A DNA stretch of 63,428 nucleotides, counting the filler, from Reclinomonas americana ATCC 50394 (taxonomy: Eukaryota): the NCBI GenBank assembly GCA_048213135.1. It is 4 parts of 3 records of this genome, joined end to end, with 100 filler letters (N's around TTAATTAATTAA, not from the genome) between each part and the next. Parts side by side here need not be neighbours in the genome. Positions count along the whole stretch, not along the records: positions 50,256 to 61,231 come from PS015089.1; positions 61,332 to 63,428 come from PS015094.1; 2 more parts are not named here. The stretch is one strand, 5' to 3'. Below the pieces are notes generated by a model. That model made no database searches. It was not told the origin of the DNA and saw only the letters and a list, made by a program, of their open reading frames with translations. A program made the position numbers and the translations under genes. Below are positions 57,998-63,428 of this stretch, one piece after another (position 1 is the stretch's first letter; the number at the start of each line of letters is the position of its first letter).

Positions 57998-59416
57998 TCA
58001 TCTCTTGGGTGCAGGCAGTGCCGGTCGCGCCGGCAGCCGCTGCCGAAACGCCTGTTCCGCATGCGCCTCCTGAATGTGCGCATCCAACTGATCCATGAGG
58101 CCACCGTGCGCACCGTGCGTGCACCGAATGTTGTCGCGGGCACGAATGAAATACTCGAGTGCCTCGTCCGTGTTGCGCATCAGCCACTCCAACTTGGCCA
58201 GCATAAAGTACTGCAGGCCGAGGAGCGGATACACGGGCGGATACACGACTGTGAAGGGGAGGTTTAGCGATGGTGGGAGTGCAGGGCTGCGTATGGCACG
58301 CAACATTCATACGGTCGGATCGTCATGCGGCACATGCGAAGCGCGTCGTCGAAACGCTGCAAGTCCACGTAGCAGCTCTGCAGTGTGGAGATTGTGGACA
58401 GCAGGTCGACATTCATGTCGCCCAGCACGCGCAACCGACTATCCAACGCAGTTCGCAGTTTCTCCTCGGCCTCCTCATGCTTGCCTTCGGCACGCAATCG
58501 CATTCCCTCGCGCTGCCGCTCCTCCGACTCCTCAAACGCACGCTTCACCTCACCCAACGGTACCTCCTCGCCACAGTCGTCGCACTTCATCATGTTTTCT
58601 GCATCTGCGTCGTCACGTCATTACGCTGCAGTCGCACACAAATCAACCAATCATGGGCGTACCCTCTTTCTGCGCGAGCGTGCCCTGCCGACACGACTGA
58701 CATCGAAAGGCACACATGGCGCGGTCCTTGGCCGCCACCTCCTGCACAAGTGCGATGAGTGGCCAGTAAATTTGGGAAGAGGTGGGCGCGGCGCACGCAA
58801 CGGGGGAGGTGCAGGCCTCGCACGAGCATTCGAAAAAGTAACGAGCCCGCAAATCGCGCCGCCGCAGCTCCGACGTGGCCGCCAGCTCCACGTAGCTGAT
58901 TGTCAACTCGGTGCCCGCCGGCACACTCACCATGAGCCGCGTGCGCAGCGTGCGACCCGTGAATATCATGCAGCAATTCGGTGCACATGAGTGGTTGAGC
59001 AGCGCGGCGAGCGGGAAGACACCGCTGCCGGTGACGCGCATCTCCGCGTCCGACATGGTGAAGTTGTTGCAGCCGAACTGCAAAACAGCGAGGTGGATGT
59101 GAGAAGGAGAGGCAAGGGAGAAAGGGAGGGAGGGAGGAGGAGGAGGAGGAGGAGGAGGAGGAGGAGGAGGAGGAGGAGGAGGAGGAGGAGGAGGAGGAGG
59201 AGGAGGAGGAGGAGGAGGAGGAGGAGGAGGAGGAGGAGGAGGAGGAGGAGGAGGAGGAGGAGGAGGAGGAGGAGGAGGAGGAGGAGGAGGAGGAGGAGGA
59301 GGAGGAGGAGGAGGAGGAGGAGGAGGAGGAGGAGGAGGAGGAGGAGGAGGAGGAGGAGGAGGAGGAGGAGAGGAGGAGGAGGAGGAGGAGGAGGAGNNNN
59401 NNNNNNNNNNNNNNNN

Positions 59417-59454
<38 letters not shown>

Positions 59455-59734
59455 TCACTCTGCATGTTGACTCTTGTGTGCAAGTCAGCGATTGCAGTGA
59501 GTGTTAGTGTGTGTGTGTGTGTGTTAGTGTGTGTGTGTGCCTTCTCTGTTACTCTTCTTCTTGTTGTTCTTCTTCTTGTTGTTGTTCTTCTTCTCCTTCC
59601 TCTTCTTCTTCTTCTTCTTGTCTCTCACCTGCACTCAAGTCCTTGAGGGCAAACACTCCTCTCCCTCGTCCCTCCACCTCTCGCACAGTAATGAGCGTTG
59701 AAGAGGGGAAGTACTCATCCTCCACTGCACTCAT
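57998..59734 (-). CDS. SMYD-family SET domain lysine methyltransferase (MYND region missing at a gap)
   Basis: N-SET GRGRGVFALKDL; CNNF, GVFP.AALLNHSCAPN, ELTISY, post-SET YFFECSCEAC; C-terminal TPR-like region with YPLLGLQY..AKL and THG. Confidence 0.88.
59131..59396. repeat. (GGA)n microsatellite in a SMYD intron
   Basis: About 85 near-perfect GGA units running into a gap. Confidence 0.95.
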
Positions 59735-59782
59735 TCACAAAAAAGCCTGTTTTGTTGTGTCCCACCAGTCACTGAAAGAAGA

Positions 59783-60726
59783 ATGATTGCGCGCGAAAGC
59801 GATCTCTCCGACCTCTCCTGTGTCTCTCTGCGCGTGTGCCCACAGTCAGTGGAGATTGGCGATCTCTCGCTCTCTCTGCGTCGAAGAACAGCAGAGGTGA
59901 AGAAGAGGGAGAAGAAGAAGAAGAAGAAGAAAGACAGAAAGAAAGGAACAGAAGGGAGAGAGACATGAGGAGGAGATGCAGGAGGAGGAGGAGGAGAGAA
60001 AGAAGAAGAAGAAGAACAAGAAGAACAAGAAGAACAGGAAGAACAAGAACAGAAGAGAGAGATAGAGAGAGAGAAGAAGAAGAACAAGGACAAGGACAGT
60101 GAGAAGAACAGCAACAAGACAAGGAGGAGAAGAAGAACAAGAACAAGAAGAAGATCAACAAGAACAAGAAGAAGAACAAGAAGAAGAAGAAGAAGAACAA
60201 GAGGAAGAACAGCAACAAGGAGAAGAAGAACGAGAAGTACAAGGAGAACAGCAAGGAGAAGAAGCACAGGGAGCAGGAAGAACGTGAAGATCAGTCTCAT
60301 TCTTTCCTCTGTCCTTCTCAGATCGCCCTGGCGATGCGCGATCTCTCCCGCCTGATCCTTCGCTTTCCCGCACGATCCGGCACTGTGCGACAGCAAGGCC
60401 CCTCGTGCTCCTCTGACGACGTGATTGCGCTCGATGGCGACGACGACGACGATCGCGCGTTGCAATCGCTGCTCGATCAGTGCTTTCTTGCGCGCGCTGC
60501 TTCCTCTTCTTCCTCGTCGTCGTCGTCGTCGACAGCAGCAGTGACTGTGGCTGCTGCTGCATCAGTGGTGTCGGCGGCAGCGGCGCCGAGTGATGCAGTG
60601 GTGCCGCGGAGACAGCTGCTGTTGCCGTCGGCGTCGGATGAGTGGGCGTCGCGACATGATCATTTGTGCCCGGTCGCGCATGTCAGCTTGAGTGGAGGTG
60701 CTTTCTTTATTGAGATCGCTCTGTGA
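59783..60726 (+). CDS. Hypothetical protein (at least two exons), divergent from SMYD
   Basis: Exon from ATG 59783 to about 59896 and a GC-rich exon from 60321 after a pyrimidine tract and CAG. No recognisable domain, and the 3' end is uncertain. Confidence 0.4.
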
Positions 60727-61231
60727 TGGTACGGTTGTTTGTTGAGGGTGTGGTGGGGCGATCGTGCAGGGCGGATCAATGTCTTGTCGGTGGAACCGTG
60801 TGTGGACTTGCCGCGGTACTTGGAGTTGTTGGCGTCGCGAGAGAGTGGGATGTTGAGTGTGGAGTGCAAGGGGAAGGGGGAAAGGGAGAAGAAGACAGCG
60901 TTGAAAGAAAGTTGACGTGGGAGGGGGGTGGAGTGGTGAGAATGGATTCGCGGAGGGAGAGAGCGAGAGAGAGTAGGGGGAGTGGTGAGAAAAAGACAAC
61001 ACGGACAGAGAGTTGAGACAGAAGAAATAAGACATATCTGCAACTGTGAGGACAGAGAGTTGGTGGCAGGGGAGCTGGAAGAGTGTGTGTGTGTGTGAAG
61101 AGTGAGGGAGACGACGACAGCAACCAAAACGGAATTGAACTTGCGAATAGAATTCGCTCGTTCTCAGCAGCGACTGCCTCTTTCTTGAATCCCCTTCGAT
61201 TGACTCGGGTTCGCTCAGTGTTGCGCTCTCC

Positions 61232-61331
61232 NNNNNNNNNNNNNNNNNNNNNNNNNNNNNNNNNNNNNNNNNNNNTTAATTAATTAANNNNNNNNNNNNN
61301 NNNNNNNNNNNNNNNNNNNNNNNNNNNNNNN
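61232..61331. other. Artificial scaffold linker
   Basis: TTAATTAATTAA at 61276-61287 within a 100-bp N block. Confidence 0.97.
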
Positions 61332-61359
61332 CCCCTTTCCCTTTGCTCCCCTTCCATAG

Positions 61360-63428
61360 GGTGGGATCATCAGCGGCTCGGAGGCCGTGGAGCGCGCGCT
61401 GAAATCCAACGCCCGCGTCCGCGTCATCTCCACCGGCGCCTCGACCTCCCTCGACGCGCAAGTGCCCGTCGCCTCCCGCTCCAACTCGGCCGCCGTCGTG
61501 GCAGCTGCTGGAGCTGGCGGTCGCCGACCAATGATTGACCTGTTCCCCAACGCGCGCTTCCTGGTGGAGCTCATGGGCGACAAGACGGTGCGCCGCGTGG
61601 GCGGCGGCCTCTCCAACCTCGGCAACACGTGCTTCATGAACTCGGCGCTGCAGTGCTTGCTGTACACGCCGCCACTGGTCGCCTATTTGCGTTCGCACGA
61701 GTACTCGCGTGCACTGGGACCGGGCGGCATGCCGATCCTGCCCACGTCGGTGGCGCGCATCGGCAAGGACAAGTCGGCGCCGTCGGCCTCGGCACTGGCG
61801 CAGGCGGTGTTCGATCCGATGCTGTCGCTGGAGACGCTGTTTACGCGCATGGGCGAGTCGCAGGTGGTGAAGCCGACGCAGTTCGCCTTCAACTTGCGAG
61901 CCATTTGCCGCACGTTCCGCTCCGGCCGACAGGAGGACTCGCACGAGTTCCTGCGCAGTCTCATTGACAAGATGCAAGACGCGTGTCTGCGTGGATTCCG
62001 CGGCAAGGTCGACCCGGAGGTGGCGCGCACCACGGTGGTGGAGCGCCTTTTTGGTTTCCGCTTCCGCTCACGCGTGCAATGCCACACGTGCCAGTACACC
62101 AGCGACACTTTTGATCCGTCGATGGATGTGTCGTTGGAGATTGATCGGGCATCGTCGGTGGAGCGCGCTCTGCGTGCGTTCACGACGCCCGAGGATCTGC
62201 AGGGCGACAACAAGTACCGGTGCCCGCGGTGCAAGAAGCCGCGCGACGCCGACAAGCGCATGTCAATCGACACGTACCCCAATGTGTTGTGCGTGCACCT
62301 GAAGCGGTTCGGCTTCGGTTCCTTCCTCGGCGGTGGCGCGAAGATCGGCAAGCAGGTGGACTACTCTGAGACGCTCAATCTGGGTCCGTACCTCAGTGAG
62401 CCGCAGGAGGTGCGTGTATTACCTACCACCAGAGTGAGAGGGTGAGGGAGGAGCACTCACCGTTCTTTTGTGTGCATGACAGAGCGGTCCGACGTACACG
62501 CTGTACGGCGTCTTGGTGCACCTGGGTCACTCGCTGCACGGCGGCCACTACATCTCGTACGTCAAGAACAACGGCTTGTGGTACTGCATGGACGACTCGA
62601 GTGTGTCGCAAGTCAAGCAGTCCACGGCTCTCAGCCAAAAGGCCTACATTCTCTTTTACGTGCGCAATGTGACAAAGGAGGAGATGGTGGATGCGCATGA
62701 ACGGAATGCGGCAAGCAAGGGGAGCAGCAGTAGCACCACCACCACCACGACCACCACGGCCTCCTCTTCTTCGGGTTCGAATGGGCGTCAGGCGGTGGTT
62801 TCCCGCAAGCCGGCTCCTCGTGTGGTGAGTGACGAGAGAGCTCGCGTTGCTACAGTTGTGGGGAGAGAACGCTGATTTGTGTGTCGTGTAGGCGGATTCG
62901 TCGTCGGACGATGATGAAGACAGCGATGACGAAGGCGACGGTGACGACAGCCACGATGATGACGAGTCGATGGAGAAGAAGAAGAAGAAGAAGAAGAGAA
63001 AGAACAAGAAGAGCAAGGCCGCTGGCAAGATGAGTGTGGATGGCTCCAGTGACGAGGAGGAGGAGGAGGACGAGGGTGCGTTGGCCTCTGTGGCCCAGGT
63101 GGCGCGTCCCATGGGTCTCTGGTTCGAGTTTGACGGCCAGACGGCAGCGGGGCACAATGCGCCCGCACGAGCGTCCAAGTCGGCGGCCTCCAAGTGGCGT
63201 GTGGAGGAGTTGGCCGACAGCAAGATGAAGGTCGACGGGGAGGAGGACGAGGAGGAAGAGGCTGGCGAGACGAAGAAGAAGAAGAGGAAGAACAAGAAGA
63301 AGAAGGCGGCGAAGGACAGCAGTGCTGAAGAGGCGGAGGAGGTGGCGGAGGAGGAGCCGGTCGAGAAGAAGAAGAAGGACAAGAAGAAGAAGGCGAAGCA
63401 CAGTAGCGGTGACGAGGAGGCGGCGACG
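61360..63428 (+). CDS. Ubiquitin-specific protease, USP36/USP42-like (partial at both ends)
   Basis: Cys box GLSNLGNTCFMNSALQCL, GRQEDSHEFL, CxxC pairs, HLKRF, His box VHLGHSLHGGHYISYVK, WYCMDDSSV and AYILFY, then a Lys/acidic low-complexity tail. Confidence 0.92.

Noticed and set aside
59131-59396. Poly-Pro/poly-Arg/poly-Ser ORFs
   Set aside because: Translations of an intronic (GGA)n microsatellite.

Overview
Eukaryotic (protist-like) draft genome sequence made of four unrelated scaffolds joined by artificial N-TTAATTAATTAA-N linkers (scaffolds approx. 1-21789, 21890-50155, 50256-61231, 61332-63428). Genes are intron-rich (GT-AG), introns are often inflated by micro/minisatellites, and several intergenic spacers are very short. 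I reconstructed all gene models by hand from reading frame and splice signals; none are confirmed by RNA. Housekeeping-type genes: DDX11/Chl1 helicase, secreted GH15 and GH79 glycosidases, SCAR/WAVE (partial), S-adenosylhomocysteinase, a coiled-coil protein, an EF-hand membrane protein, an F-box/atypical small-GTPase fusion, a multi-pass membrane protein, a SMYD methyltransferase and a USP36/42-like deubiquitinase. Three things stand out. (1) A family of NLR-like NACHT-pentapeptide-WD40 genes occurs on three of the four scaffolds. They share a near-identical intronless core but carry different N-terminal effectors (a caspase-like protease versus ubiquitin-like + HEPN RNase), have mosaic hypervariable WD40 repeats, and one ends in a CaaX motif. 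(2) An intronless bacterial-type YgiC/GSP-synthetase-like ATP-grasp gene sits downstream of a gene ending in the YgiB/DUF1190-type TVSRGGFG tail, apparently reproducing the bacterial ygiB-ygiC pair in a eukaryote. (3) A recurrent class of one-base-shifted 5' splice sites (GTTGCGT/GTTGAGT/GTTATGT) appears in about 11 of roughly 80 inferred introns.
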